Both the position numbers and the translations under genes were made by a program. Positions 1-8,741 of a DNA stretch of 27,073 bases are shown here, piece after piece. The stretch comes from a bacterium (GTDB lineage Bacteria; Zhuqueibacterota; Zhuqueibacteria; Oceanimicrobiales; Oceanimicrobiaceae). Where the stretch lies: contig JBHHXN010000061.1 of NCBI GenBank assembly GCA_046757025.1, positions 1 through 27,073 on the forward strand. The letters are read 5' to 3'. How positions within the stretch are numbered: the first letter of the stretch is position 1; each line of letters begins with the position of its first letter. Under the pieces are notes generated by a model. The model was not told the DNA's origin. It did no database searches and saw nothing but the letters and a program-made list of their open reading frames with translations.

Positions 1-118
1 CTCCTCTTGTTTTGAGGTTAATAAATGGTTCTAAGGTATATTATGACCATTGAAAACAAAACGCCACTATTTTTTCGGAAGGTGGCATTGAAGATAAACC
101 TGCCCGCGAAGCGGGCTT

Positions 119-247
119 CGTTCACATCTTCTTCCAGTTGACCGCGGGGCGTAGTGCATTTATTAAGGTTTGTAGCTTTCTTCAGGTTTTGTGGTGAAAT
201 GACGTCTGTGCTTGAACTCCCGCGGCAACTGAAGATGATCTTTAGAG
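119..247 (+). other. attC-like integron cassette recombination site (R boxes degenerate)
   Basis: R''-like CGTTCAC (119-125), 5-nt spacer, L'' CTTCCAGT (131-138), then L' ACTGAAG (228-234), 6-nt spacer, R'-like TTTAGAG (241-247). The arms ATCTTCTTCCAGTTGACCGCGGG and CCCGCGGCAACTGAAGATGAT pair with two unpaired bases (C and A on the top strand = G and T on the bottom), as in canonical attC. Length 129 bp. Confidence 0.65.
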
Positions 248-261
248 CTGAGAAAAATCAG

Positions 262-302
262 TTGAAATAGTCCATGTTTTATCCTATATTCAGACTTGAA
301 TA
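262..302 (+). promoter_or_regulatory. sigma70-type promoter and putative autoregulatory operator of the TA operon
   Basis: TTGAAA (262-267)-17 bp-TATATT (285-290). Palindrome TATTCA-gact-TGAATA (287-302) overlaps the -10 box. Confidence 0.6.
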
Positions 303-325
303 GTGGTTTAAATATGGAGCATAAG

Positions 326-613
326 ATGAAACATCTGAATATTTCAAACGACATTGTCCCCATTGGTGAGTTTAAATCGAGTCTTTCTAAGTGGCTAAAG
401 AAGATTCAGAATACTGGACATCCGTTAGTTATTACACAAAACGGTAGACCTGCTGGTGTTCTGTTATCACCTTCCGAATATGACGAACTCGTCTACAAAA
501 GACATTTTCTTGATTCGGTTAATCGAGGGCTTTCGGACGCTGAATCGGGTAATGTCTATTCGACAAAGGAATTGAAAAAGGAACTCGATAAAAAGACGTC
601 AAAGAGGTACTAA
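326..613 (+). CDS. type II antitoxin, Phd/YefM family
   Basis: Sequence IVPIGEFKSSLS...GHPLVITQNGRPAGVLLS is the Phd/YefM pattern. ATG at 326 is preceded by GGAG (316-319); the ORF track start 296 is probably too long. Confidence 0.9.
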   Translation: MKHLNISNDIVPIGEFKSSLSKWLKKIQNTGHPLVITQNGRPAGVLLSPSEYDELVYKRHFLDSVNRGLSDAESGNVYSTKELKKELDKKTSKRY

Positions 614-913
614 GTGAGGGTCGTATGGACGCAAGAAGCTTTGGATAGATTATCTGACATCGAAGATTTCATTTCGCAAGACAGTCCCCAACGTGCAGCG
701 AGGTTTGTAAATTACCTGATTCAAAGAGGGGAAGGAGTTTCTAAGAATCCTCGAATTGGGCGAATTGTTCCCGAGATCTCTAATCCTAACGTCAGAGAAA
801 TCATTGCTAACAAATATAGAATTGTTTATAGAATTCAAGAGAATAAAATCGAAATACTAACGGTCTTCGAAGGACACAAGCTACTAAGTTTAGAAGAACT
901 GCGTATAGAATAA
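614..913 (+). CDS. type II toxin, RelE/ParE family
   Basis: MRVVWTQEALDRLSDIEDFI...GRIVPE...REII...YRIVYRI...IEILTVF is the RelE/ParE pattern. The GTG start abuts the antitoxin stop. Confidence 0.9.
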   Translation: MRVVWTQEALDRLSDIEDFISQDSPQRAARFVNYLIQRGEGVSKNPRIGRIVPEISNPNVREIIANKYRIVYRIQENKIEILTVFEGHKLLSLEELRIE

Positions 914-1087
914 CAGTGGCAAATCATCGTAATTCATGCTCTAAAACGACTTAAGAGTTAGCAGCGGACGCAAAGTAGGATGAGCTAAGGGGTGGTTCGC
1001 TTCAAAACAATGGGAACAGCTTGCGCTTTGGAATTAACAGTTGCGATTGATGAAATAAATGACTTGCCGCAATGGAGCGATATGAAA

Positions 1088-2587
1088 TCAGTTCGCCTCC
1101 ACCCTGTCCCGTAAAAACTGCACCAGCAACCGCACTCCCATGCCGGTGCCGCCTTTCTCAAAATAATCTTTTTTCTGCGTGAGCCAGGCTGTGCCCGCGA
1201 TGTCAATATGCGCCCAGACGTATTCTTCGGCAAACTTGCTTAAAAATGCGGCCGCAGTAATGGCGCCAGCAGGCCGGCCGGCAGAATTTTTCATATCCGC
1301 AAAATCACTTTTGATGTCTTCGCGGTAATTTTCCCACAGCGGTAACTGCCAGAGCCGCTCGCCGCACTTTTCTCCGGCTCGCTGCAATTGGTCGAGGAGC
1401 GGCTGGTCATTGCCCATCAAACCGGATGCGTGCTGACCCAGAGCGATCACACACGCGCCCGTTAAAGTCGCCAAATCCACCACCGTATCCGGATTGAACC
1501 GTTTAGCATAAGTGAGGGCATCTGCTAAAATCATGCGGCCTTCGGCGTCGGTGTTGACAATTTCGATGGTGGCGCCAGAGCTGGCTTTCACGATGTCTCC
1601 GGGTTTCATGGCTGCTGCTCCCGGTAAATTTTCTGCAGCGGGCATCAGACCCACCACATGCAAAGGTAAATCCAACAGTGCGACGGCTTTCATGACGCCG
1701 GCCACGGCGGCGGCGCCGGACATGTCGAATTTCATCTCTTCCATTTTTTCGCTGGGTTTTATTGAAATGCCCCCGCTGTCAAAGGTTACGCCCTTGCCCA
1801 CCAAAACCACGGTTTCCAATTCAGACTGATGGGAACGATGTTCCAGTACAATCAACTTTGGCGGCTCTGCGCTGCCACGAGCCACGCTCAACAGCGCTTC
1901 CATCTCGAGCTTTTCCATATCCGATTTTTCTAAAACCGAGTACTGCAGACCAGCAGATTTTGCCATATCAGCGATGATTTGTGAAAGTCGCGTAGGGGTG
2001 AGCTCATTACCGGGTAAATTCTGTAAATCTCTAGTAAAATTGGCGGCTTCGGAAACGACTTTACCAAGGTCGATCCCCTGCTGGGCTTCCTTTACCTGTT
2101 CAGAAGTTTGAAGAACAAACGTACCTTTTTCGATGTGCCGTTCATTTTCCGGCGCCGTTTTTTTGAACCGATTGAATTGGTAAGCGGCTAGAATCAAGCC
2201 TTCGGTCAGAGCTTGTGAAATTTCAGAAAAAGAGAATCTTGGCAGTAGAAAGGTGTCCAAGAGCAGATGAAACTGCCCAACGCCCAGACGAAGAAGTTCC
2301 CGAGCCAGGGCGCCGCCGGCTCGCCGAAGGTTCTCTAAATCCGCTTTATTGCGTTTGCCCAGCCCCACCAGCAAGATGCGATTGAGGGTGGCATGATTGG
2401 GAATGTAGATAACAGCGGTTTCGCCGGTTTTGCCTTTAAAATCCTTCATGGCCCAAAAATGATCAAATTGCGATTTTAACAAGGTTTCTTCTGCAATTTG
2501 CAAAAGATGCAAATCTTCGAAAATACCCACAATGAGCGCATCGGACTTTTGTTCAGCGGGCGAAGATTGAAGACAATTTAATTTCAT
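1088..2587 (-). CDS. pepA: leucyl aminopeptidase (M17)
   Basis: Motifs LVGKGVTFDSGG, MKFDMSGAA, NTDAEGR, DLATLTGA and HIDIAG; 499 aa. Confidence 0.95.
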   Translation of the reverse strand: MKLNCLQSSPAEQKSDALIVGIFEDLHLLQIAEETLLKSQFDHFWAMKDFKGKTGETAVIYIPNHATLNRILLVGLGKRNKADLENLRRAGGALARELLRLGVGQFHLLLDTFLLPRFSFSEISQALTEGLILAAYQFNRFKKTAPENERHIEKGTFVLQTSEQVKEAQQGIDLGKVVSEAANFTRDLQNLPGNELTPTRLSQIIADMAKSAGLQYSVLEKSDMEKLEMEALLSVARGSAEPPKLIVLEHRSHQSELETVVLVGKGVTFDSGGISIKPSEKMEEMKFDMSGAAAVAGVMKAVALLDLPLHVVGLMPAAENLPGAAAMKPGDIVKASSGATIEIVNTDAEGRMILADALTYAKRFNPDTVVDLATLTGACVIALGQHASGLMGNDQPLLDQLQRAGEKCGERLWQLPLWENYREDIKSDFADMKNSAGRPAGAITAAAFLSKFAEEYVWAHIDIAGTAWLTQKKDYFEKGGTGMGVRLLVQFLRDRVEAN

Positions 2588-2598
2588 AATTTGACAGG

Positions 2599-3525
2599 TT
2601 ATTTAACTAACTCGATCAGCTTGGAGCTCATTTTTTGTGCGCCTATCTTGCCCTGCATTTCGCTTGGGGTGCAGATTCCGTCTTCGGTGAGAATGCCGGT
2701 AAAAAGCTCCAGCGGTACTTCATCGAAATAGTAATTTTCGATGGATATTTCAGGTGGCGGTTTGTCCCAAACTTCTTTGGCATCGCGAGTGGGTTCCTTG
2801 GTAGCGATGAGTTTCTGCGGGGTAAATTTGCTCGACTCGCACGCAGCGTAACACGGCACCACCGCTTCTCTGGCTAACAGGCACACGGCCGTGGAGCCAA
2901 TTTTGTTTACGAGTGAATCTTCGGACAAGCTGTCCGCGCCCAACAGCACCAAGTCCGCCCTTTCAACTCCGATGCTCATGGCCGCATCCACCAGATAAAG
3001 CGTTTGGATGCCAAGTTTGGCCAGCTCTATTGCGCGCTCCCGTCCTTCACAGACGGGTCTGGACTCTGAAATGATCACTTGAAACGATTTGCCCTCGGCT
3101 TGTGCCCTTTTGATGATTTCGAGTATCGTGCTGCTGTTGCTGTGAGTCAGAATGATGGAATCCTGTGTGATCAGCTCCGCTCCAAATTCAGCTACTTTCG
3201 TCACGGCTTTTTTTGAGTTTTCACTGAAGCGTTTGGCTTCTCCGGATATTTTACGAGACAAAACCAGCAAGTTGTTTGAGGTTTCATTCTCGATGGTGCA
3301 AAAAATCACGTTAAACAAATTGGTTAGCTGCGTCATGTTTGGGTGTGTTTTCAAAATCTCACTGGCCACTCTTTCCACTTCCAAAACGAAATCAGCCACT
3401 TTGCTGTCTGCTTTTTCTTTCACCAGGGTTTCCAGACAATTTATGGTCTTTTGCGCAACCACCCAAGCACCGGAACTGTGATCACCCTTCACGTCTTCTA
3501 ATATATCAATATAACTGGTATTCAT
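2599..3525 (-). CDS. eIF-2B alpha/beta/delta family protein (R15P-isomerase/MtnA fold)
   Basis: Motifs THSNSST, SESRP..EG, LLGADS, NKIGS, ESSKF, NYYFD..P and ILTEDG. The ATG at 3525 has an AGGA RBS; the ORF track start is 3570. Confidence 0.85.
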   Translation of the reverse strand: MNTSYIDILEDVKGDHSSGAWVVAQKTINCLETLVKEKADSKVADFVLEVERVASEILKTHPNMTQLTNLFNVIFCTIENETSNNLLVLSRKISGEAKRFSENSKKAVTKVAEFGAELITQDSIILTHSNSSTILEIIKRAQAEGKSFQVIISESRPVCEGRERAIELAKLGIQTLYLVDAAMSIGVERADLVLLGADSLSEDSLVNKIGSTAVCLLAREAVVPCYAACESSKFTPQKLIATKEPTRDAKEVWDKPPPEISIENYYFDEVPLELFTGILTEDGICTPSEMQGKIGAQKMSSKLIELVK

Positions 3526-3604
3526 TTTATTGTTTCCTGAACAGTGGAGGGCATCTTTTGAAATGCGCACTTCGAACTGCTCGTATTTTGATCAAGCTTT
3601 CCTT

Positions 3605-5101
3605 TTACATGACCCCGATAAGATTTTGAAATTGTACGATAAATTGCGAAGGGAAGATTCCCAGCCCAATGGTACCAATGGCTGCAATCATCAAACACAC
3701 ATAAACCGCAGGCATCCACCTGGTGATCGGCCGTTCTTGCTCAGCATCTTTCATGAACATATTTACCACCACTTTCAAATAATAATAAACTGCCATCATG
3801 GAATTGAGCACACCGATGATCACCAAAGGTATGTGACCGGCCTTCACCGCAGCAGAGAACAAATAAAATTTACCAACAAAACCGGCCGTTGGCGGAAGGC
3901 CGGCCAATGAAAACATAAACAAGGCCATCAAAATTGCTGCCGCAGGTTTTTCCATTGCTAATCCTTTAATATCGTTCAAATCCTGACATTCTTTATCTTT
4001 ACGGTTCAAAAGCGCCAGTACCCCGAAGGCGCCGGCATTCATAAACGTGTAGGAAAGCAAATAAAAAATGACACTGGCTGCACCCACATCATTCCAGGCC
4101 ACCACCCCCATCAAAATGTACCCCGCGTGGGCAATGGATGAGTACGCCAGAAGACGCTTAATATTGGTCTGCAAAAGCGCCGCAATATTGCCAACAAACA
4201 TGGACAGACAGGCCAGTACCCAGAAAACGGTTACCCAATCCACGGCCAGACCATCGACAGCGGAAAAGGTCACACGCAATAGCGCCGCAAATCCCGCTGC
4301 TTTCGAGCCGGTAGCGAAAAAAGCTGTGACAGGAGTGGGGGCGCCTTGATACACGTCGGCTGCCCAAATGTGAAACGGAGCCAGAGCTATTTTAAACGCC
4401 AACCCAGCAATGATCAACACGCCACCAAGAACGAACAGTAAATTGTTATGCATAGGATTATTGACCACCCCGGTGGCGATGGTAGTGAGATCCAAGCTGC
4501 CGGTGGCGCCATAAACGAAGGCCATGCCATACAACAAAAATCCACTGGCAAACGCACCCAGCAAAAAGTATTTAAACGCTGCTTCCAGAGATTTTGTTTC
4601 ATTGCGTTTGATGCCGGCCAAAATATAAAGCGAGATGGAAAGCGTTTCAAGTCCAATGAACAACGTTAAAAGATGGGTACTGGATGCCAGCAGCATCATA
4701 CCGACGGTAGCGAATGAAAGAATTGCAAAAAACTCCGGATAGAGCAGATAGTTACCTTCAAAATGATTCACAGCCAAAAGCATGCACAAACCGGCGCTCA
4801 CCAGAAAAATGCAATCAAAAATCAGCGCAAAATTGTCTATTTTGAGCAATCCGTGGAAAGCGGCTTCGTGTACGCCCCACAGATTCAAAGTAAAAATGAA
4901 CGTCAAAATAATCCCAAACAGCGCCAACCCGAAATAGATATATCGATTTGATTTAGGCAGGAACAGGCCGGCGCATACATTGACCATGCCGCTTACTATC
5001 AGAATGATCAACGGAGCAATCAAATTAAATTTTAAAGTTATTGATGAAAGATTGTTACCGACTACGCCAAATACGATAACGATTAAGGCGGCATTATTCA
5101 T
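3605..5101 (-). CDS. nuoN: NADH-quinone oxidoreductase subunit N (antiporter-like membrane subunit)
   Basis: Highly hydrophobic 498 aa with EAAFKYFLLG, FKIALAPFHIWAADVYQGAP, KRLLAYSSIAHAGY and SLAGLPPTAGFVGKF. AGGAG RBS upstream. Confidence 0.92.
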   Translation of the reverse strand: MNNAALIVIVFGVVGNNLSSITLKFNLIAPLIILIVSGMVNVCAGLFLPKSNRYIYFGLALFGIILTFIFTLNLWGVHEAAFHGLLKIDNFALIFDCIFLVSAGLCMLLAVNHFEGNYLLYPEFFAILSFATVGMMLLASSTHLLTLFIGLETLSISLYILAGIKRNETKSLEAAFKYFLLGAFASGFLLYGMAFVYGATGSLDLTTIATGVVNNPMHNNLLFVLGGVLIIAGLAFKIALAPFHIWAADVYQGAPTPVTAFFATGSKAAGFAALLRVTFSAVDGLAVDWVTVFWVLACLSMFVGNIAALLQTNIKRLLAYSSIAHAGYILMGVVAWNDVGAASVIFYLLSYTFMNAGAFGVLALLNRKDKECQDLNDIKGLAMEKPAAAILMALFMFSLAGLPPTAGFVGKFYLFSAAVKAGHIPLVIIGVLNSMMAVYYYLKVVVNMFMKDAEQERPITRWMPAVYVCLMIAAIGTIGLGIFPSQFIVQFQNLIGVM

Positions 5102-5287
5102 GCGGCTCCTTCTGAAATTTGTTAAATTAAAACTTCATTCTGAGAATATATCTCGGTTATGCGTCGAAGAAAGTTAATGCCTGTTTCTGATAAAAGCAAC
5201 CCAGAATGCGCAGTTCGAGATCAATTTAAAAAGCAGGTACCCGGTTTTGCACCTTCTCAAAATGGCCTCAAATGAGTTTGTTCTAAC

Positions 5288-5415
5288 CTAAATTGAGCGA
5301 CTCCTAAAGGGAGTGACCTTGTACTGGGAAACACGCTGAAACGTAAGCACTCTTGATTTTGAACATCCGAACCCATTGACACTGGACCCTTCAAACGCTA
5401 AATCGCCCAATTTAG
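5288..5415. repeat. 128-bp inverted-repeat-bounded element (MITE-like)
   Basis: CTAAATTGAGCGA (5288-5300) vs TCGCCCAATTTAG (5403-5415) is a 12/13 inverted match. TCTAA occurs on both flanks (5282-5286, 5417-5421). Confidence 0.45.
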
Positions 5416-5482
5416 CTCTAATATACTTGTTTTCAGAATGATATGTTAGATGAACCGCCACCACTCACAAAACATAAACTAT

Positions 5483-6085
5483 TCAAAATCTCTTTTTGAG
5501 ATTTTTTTCAAGGATAATGGTTAACTGCTCAGAATAACAATTTTCCAGATTCAGCTCGAAAAATATTTCTTCCAACCTATCTAAATTATCGTTTATTAGG
5601 GCTATTTTTTTGATCAGCTCTTCCGTATTCTCACTTTCCCAATATTCCCCTTCGTCGATGACTTCAAGGTCATGAATATATCGCTTCTTTAGATATTTCA
5701 GAAGTTTTATAATGGAGATATGCACATCCGGTGGAGCAAATTGTGTTTTTACAATGCAATAGGACTGCTCTTTTTTTATCTTTCCTTCCCTTTCCAAAAT
5801 AACCGACATCGGATCAGTCAGACGACCTTGCGAGTCAAAATAAAGCGATAACGCTTCACAATCCGGATGTAATTTGATGTTAATCCCTTTTATCGGAAGA
5901 TGACCGGATATTTCAGCTTCATTTTCCTTAACAGACAAGCTCGCGGAAGCAGGTTTCGACCAATCTTCATCTAACACTTGCCACTTCCAATTCAGAGCCT
6001 CCGATATTTCAGCCAGTTCGTCAATTAGAGAGTTTATCATACTGGTATCTTGTAAATGGCCTCTAAAATGGATTGCAATTCCCAT
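5483..6085 (-). CDS. conserved hypothetical protein
   Basis: 200-aa AT-rich ORF with a GGGAG RBS. The pattern MG..IHF.G...KTQFA...H..II.LL.YL...Y...LEV.DEGEYWE resembles an uncharacterised bacterial family recalled from memory; no function assigned. Confidence 0.75.
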   Translation of the reverse strand: MGIAIHFRGHLQDTSMINSLIDELAEISEALNWKWQVLDEDWSKPASASLSVKENEAEISGHLPIKGINIKLHPDCEALSLYFDSQGRLTDPMSVILEREGKIKKEQSYCIVKTQFAPPDVHISIIKLLKYLKKRYIHDLEVIDEGEYWESENTEELIKKIALINDNLDRLEEIFFELNLENCYSEQLTIILEKNLKKRF

Positions 6086-6325
6086 TTTAATAATCTCCCT
6101 TTTTTGTGGACTACATAAATTGGCTGACTGACATCGTCAACCTGAAAGATGGTACCTTTTGATCTATTGCTGAACAATCCTCAGACAACTGCAGCAAATG
6201 TCATTTCATTGCTAAACACTCATTCATATACAAAAAATAAAACCAAATTTCAATTGAAAATTACGTCGATAAATTCAAGCCAGTTGAAAAATTCAAAAAT
6301 ACAAGAAAGGGAATAAGTCAAGTTG

Positions 6326-7378
6326 CTAAACTGTCAAAACCACCTTACCGATGCTTTTTCGGGACTGCAGATAATTCTGAGCTTCGGCCGCCTGTTCAAA
6401 CGGGAACGTTCTATCCACGACAGTCTTGAGTTTTTTCTCATTCGCCCATTGCAGCAGCTGTTCGAGGGATTCGCGCAACGCATCCACAAATTTGAACATG
6501 TAGGCCAGATGAAAAGCGGCGATGGTTTTGTTGTCCGGCATCATGTCGAACGGATTAAATCGCGCCAGGGTCAGGTACTGGTAGGCAAGCTTCAACCAGT
6601 TAGGCCTTCTGCCGGAAGGCATCATGCTGCCCAAGCCAAAAATGATCAGCCGTCCCATGGGATTTAGCAAGCGGTAACCTTTTTTGAAGGTAGCACCGCC
6701 CACCGAGTCCATGATCAAATCCACGCCCCCACCCTGATTGATTCGCCGAATCTCCGACTCAAAATCCTGGGTTCGGTAGTTAATCACGTGCGGCACTCCC
6801 ATTTCCTGCAGAAATTGGACTTTGGCCTCAGAGCCGCAGGTGGCATAAATTTCTGCTTCATAAATTTGCGCTATTTGCACTGCGGCGGTTCCCACTCCGC
6901 CGGCGGCGGCGTGAATCAAGACTTTTTCCTTTTTCTTGAGATGGCCTAAATTAAACAGGCCGTGATAAGCGGTTAAATACGTGGTTGGGAAACCCGCGCC
7001 TTCCTCAAAAGAGAACTCTTCCGGCAAAGGCAGCGCGAAACGGTGATTGATTTTCACCGCGGTCTGGTACCCCCCGAATTTGGTTATGCCGATGACCTTT
7101 TGCCCTGGCGTCAGGGTCGTCACATTTGCTCCGACTTGGTGGATGACGCCCGACACTTCAAATCCCGGCACAAACGGCGCCTTGGGAGCGGCTTTGTACA
7201 GCCCCATGCGTTCAAAAATATCCGCAAAATTCAAACCAACGGCTTTGACCTCGATCAAAACCTCGTCCGACCCCAAATCGGGAATCACTTCTTCACGTAT
7301 TTGCAAAACTTCTGGCGGGCCGAATTTCGTAATTTCTACAATTTTTGCTGTTTTCATCATTCCGAAATAGTTGTTCAA
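6326..7378 (-). CDS. MDR-superfamily NADPH:quinone oxidoreductase (zeta-crystallin/VAT-1-like)
   Basis: Motifs GLNFAD, PGFEVSG, VLIHAAAGGVG and GKVVL; no catalytic Zn ligands. Start may be the ATG at 7360. Confidence 0.9.
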   Translation of the reverse strand: MNNYFGMMKTAKIVEITKFGPPEVLQIREEVIPDLGSDEVLIEVKAVGLNFADIFERMGLYKAAPKAPFVPGFEVSGVIHQVGANVTTLTPGQKVIGITKFGGYQTAVKINHRFALPLPEEFSFEEGAGFPTTYLTAYHGLFNLGHLKKKEKVLIHAAAGGVGTAAVQIAQIYEAEIYATCGSEAKVQFLQEMGVPHVINYRTQDFESEIRRINQGGGVDLIMDSVGGATFKKGYRLLNPMGRLIIFGLGSMMPSGRRPNWLKLAYQYLTLARFNPFDMMPDNKTIAAFHLAYMFKFVDALRESLEQLLQWANEKKLKTVVDRTFPFEQAAEAQNYLQSRKSIGKVVLTV

Positions 7379-7381
7379 AAT

Positions 7382-8557
7382 TCAGTTATTTAAATGCATG
7401 ACTTTTATTTCGCACTCGCTCAGGCATTTTTCCATCAACTCTCCGACAGTTAACAACTTTTCCGCTTTCACGAGCTTTTGAGGCGTGGCTTTGGTTGCAG
7501 GATTCTGCGGCACAAATAAAGAACAGCAGTCCTCATACGGCTCAACAGAAATGTCGAAGGTACCGATTTCTTTGGCTTTTTGAATGATTTCTTCTTTATC
7601 AAATCCGGCCAGCGGCCGGAGAATGGGCAGCGAAGTGACCTCGCCTACCACACGAATGTTACTGAGCGTTTGTGACGCCACCTGCCCGACGTTTTCGCCG
7701 GTCACCAGAGCCGTGGCTTTTTCAATTTTCGCGATCATGGCCGCAATACGCACCATATAACGCCGGTACAACAACACCCGCAGATCAGACGGCGCCCTGG
7801 CCATGATTTCTTTTTGAATGTCGATAAAAGGCAGAAAATAAATTTTTGAGCGCAGTTGATATCGATTTAATATTTGCACCAGCCGTTCGGTATTTTCCTG
7901 CGAAGCTTTGCTGGTAAAAGGCTGACTGTGAAAATGGGCATAAACTAAATTGACTCCACGTTTGAGCATGAAATATGAAGCCACCGGCGAATCGATGCCA
8001 GACGACAACAGGCACACCGCTTTTTCACTGACTCCCACAGGCAATCCGCGCAATCCGGGAATTTTCTCAGTGTAAATCAGGGCATAGGCGCCGGCGATCT
8101 CAATGAAGCAGGTAGCATCCGGATTTACCAGATCGACTTTTTTTTGGCACAGACTCTGCACATGCGCGCCCACCTGCCGGTTGATCTCCACGGAATTCAA
8201 AGGAAATTCTTTTTGCGCCCGCCGAGCGGAGATTCTGAATGAGTTAAAAGTTTTGTGTTGCAATAGCTGCCAGGAGGCATCTTTGATCTGCTCGATATCT
8301 TTTGGAACTGCCACACCGACGCTGAAATGGGCCAGGCCGAATACCGTGCGCAGCTTTTCTTCAAGCAGTTCCTCTGCCGTGTCCACCGGCAAGTGGATGA
8401 CAAATCGACCTTGCAGGCGTTCTATCTCTCCCACACGGGCATCGCGTAACGCGTTTTTGATATTGGTCTTTAATTTATTTTCAAAAAAAAGACGATTTTT
8501 GCCTTTTAATGCGATTTCCCCATAGTGGACAATCACACATTTTTTTTTAGGAGTCAT
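7382..8557 (-). CDS. thiI: tRNA 4-thiouridine synthase, short form without rhodanese domain
   Basis: YGEIALKGKNR, THUMP domain, GLPVG, PP-loop SSGIDSPVA, GENVGQVASQTL, RPL and EDCC; 391 aa. Confidence 0.95.
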   Translation of the reverse strand: MTPKKKCVIVHYGEIALKGKNRLFFENKLKTNIKNALRDARVGEIERLQGRFVIHLPVDTAEELLEEKLRTVFGLAHFSVGVAVPKDIEQIKDASWQLLQHKTFNSFRISARRAQKEFPLNSVEINRQVGAHVQSLCQKKVDLVNPDATCFIEIAGAYALIYTEKIPGLRGLPVGVSEKAVCLLSSGIDSPVASYFMLKRGVNLVYAHFHSQPFTSKASQENTERLVQILNRYQLRSKIYFLPFIDIQKEIMARAPSDLRVLLYRRYMVRIAAMIAKIEKATALVTGENVGQVASQTLSNIRVVGEVTSLPILRPLAGFDKEEIIQKAKEIGTFDISVEPYEDCCSLFVPQNPATKATPQKLVKAEKLLTVGELMEKCLSECEIKVMHLNN

Positions 8558-8583
8558 GATTCTGAACTTACTACCTGCGTAAT

Positions 8584-8741
8584 TAATTAGAGTCCATCCG
8601 TAATCGCCATTCCCGAGTACTCCCTGCTTACAACATGCAGGGACAAGCTCATCGGGAATCTCATGCCGAACGGAACAATGGATTCCCGCTTAAAGATTGC
8701 GGCAATGACAAAAAAGGGCTCTTTCGGATGGACAATAATTA
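8584..8741. mobile_element. MITE-like element A with internal REP/dRS3-like palindromes
   Basis: Terminal inverted repeats TAATTAGAGTCCATCCG (8584-8600) and CGGATGGACAATAATTA (8725-8741) match 15/17. Internal ATTCCCGA...TCGGGAAT (8609-8659) encloses hairpin TCCCTGC/GCAGGGA, followed by GGATTCCCGC...GCGGCAATGAC (8680-8709). Confidence 0.65.

Noticed and set aside
1..10. CTCCTC, the reverse complement of an RBS for a divergent gene left of the window
   Set aside because: Plausible, but the gene lies outside the window and cannot be supported.
946..1046. Second attC downstream of the toxin (GCAGCGGACGCAA...TTGCGC...AACAGTTGCGA)
   Set aside because: It has an attC-like flavour, but the L boxes do not pair and no R'' lies at the right spacing; at best a heavily decayed remnant.
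7382..8557. ThiI lacking a rhodanese domain as a truncation
   Set aside because: The short form is the common type outside gammaproteobacteria.
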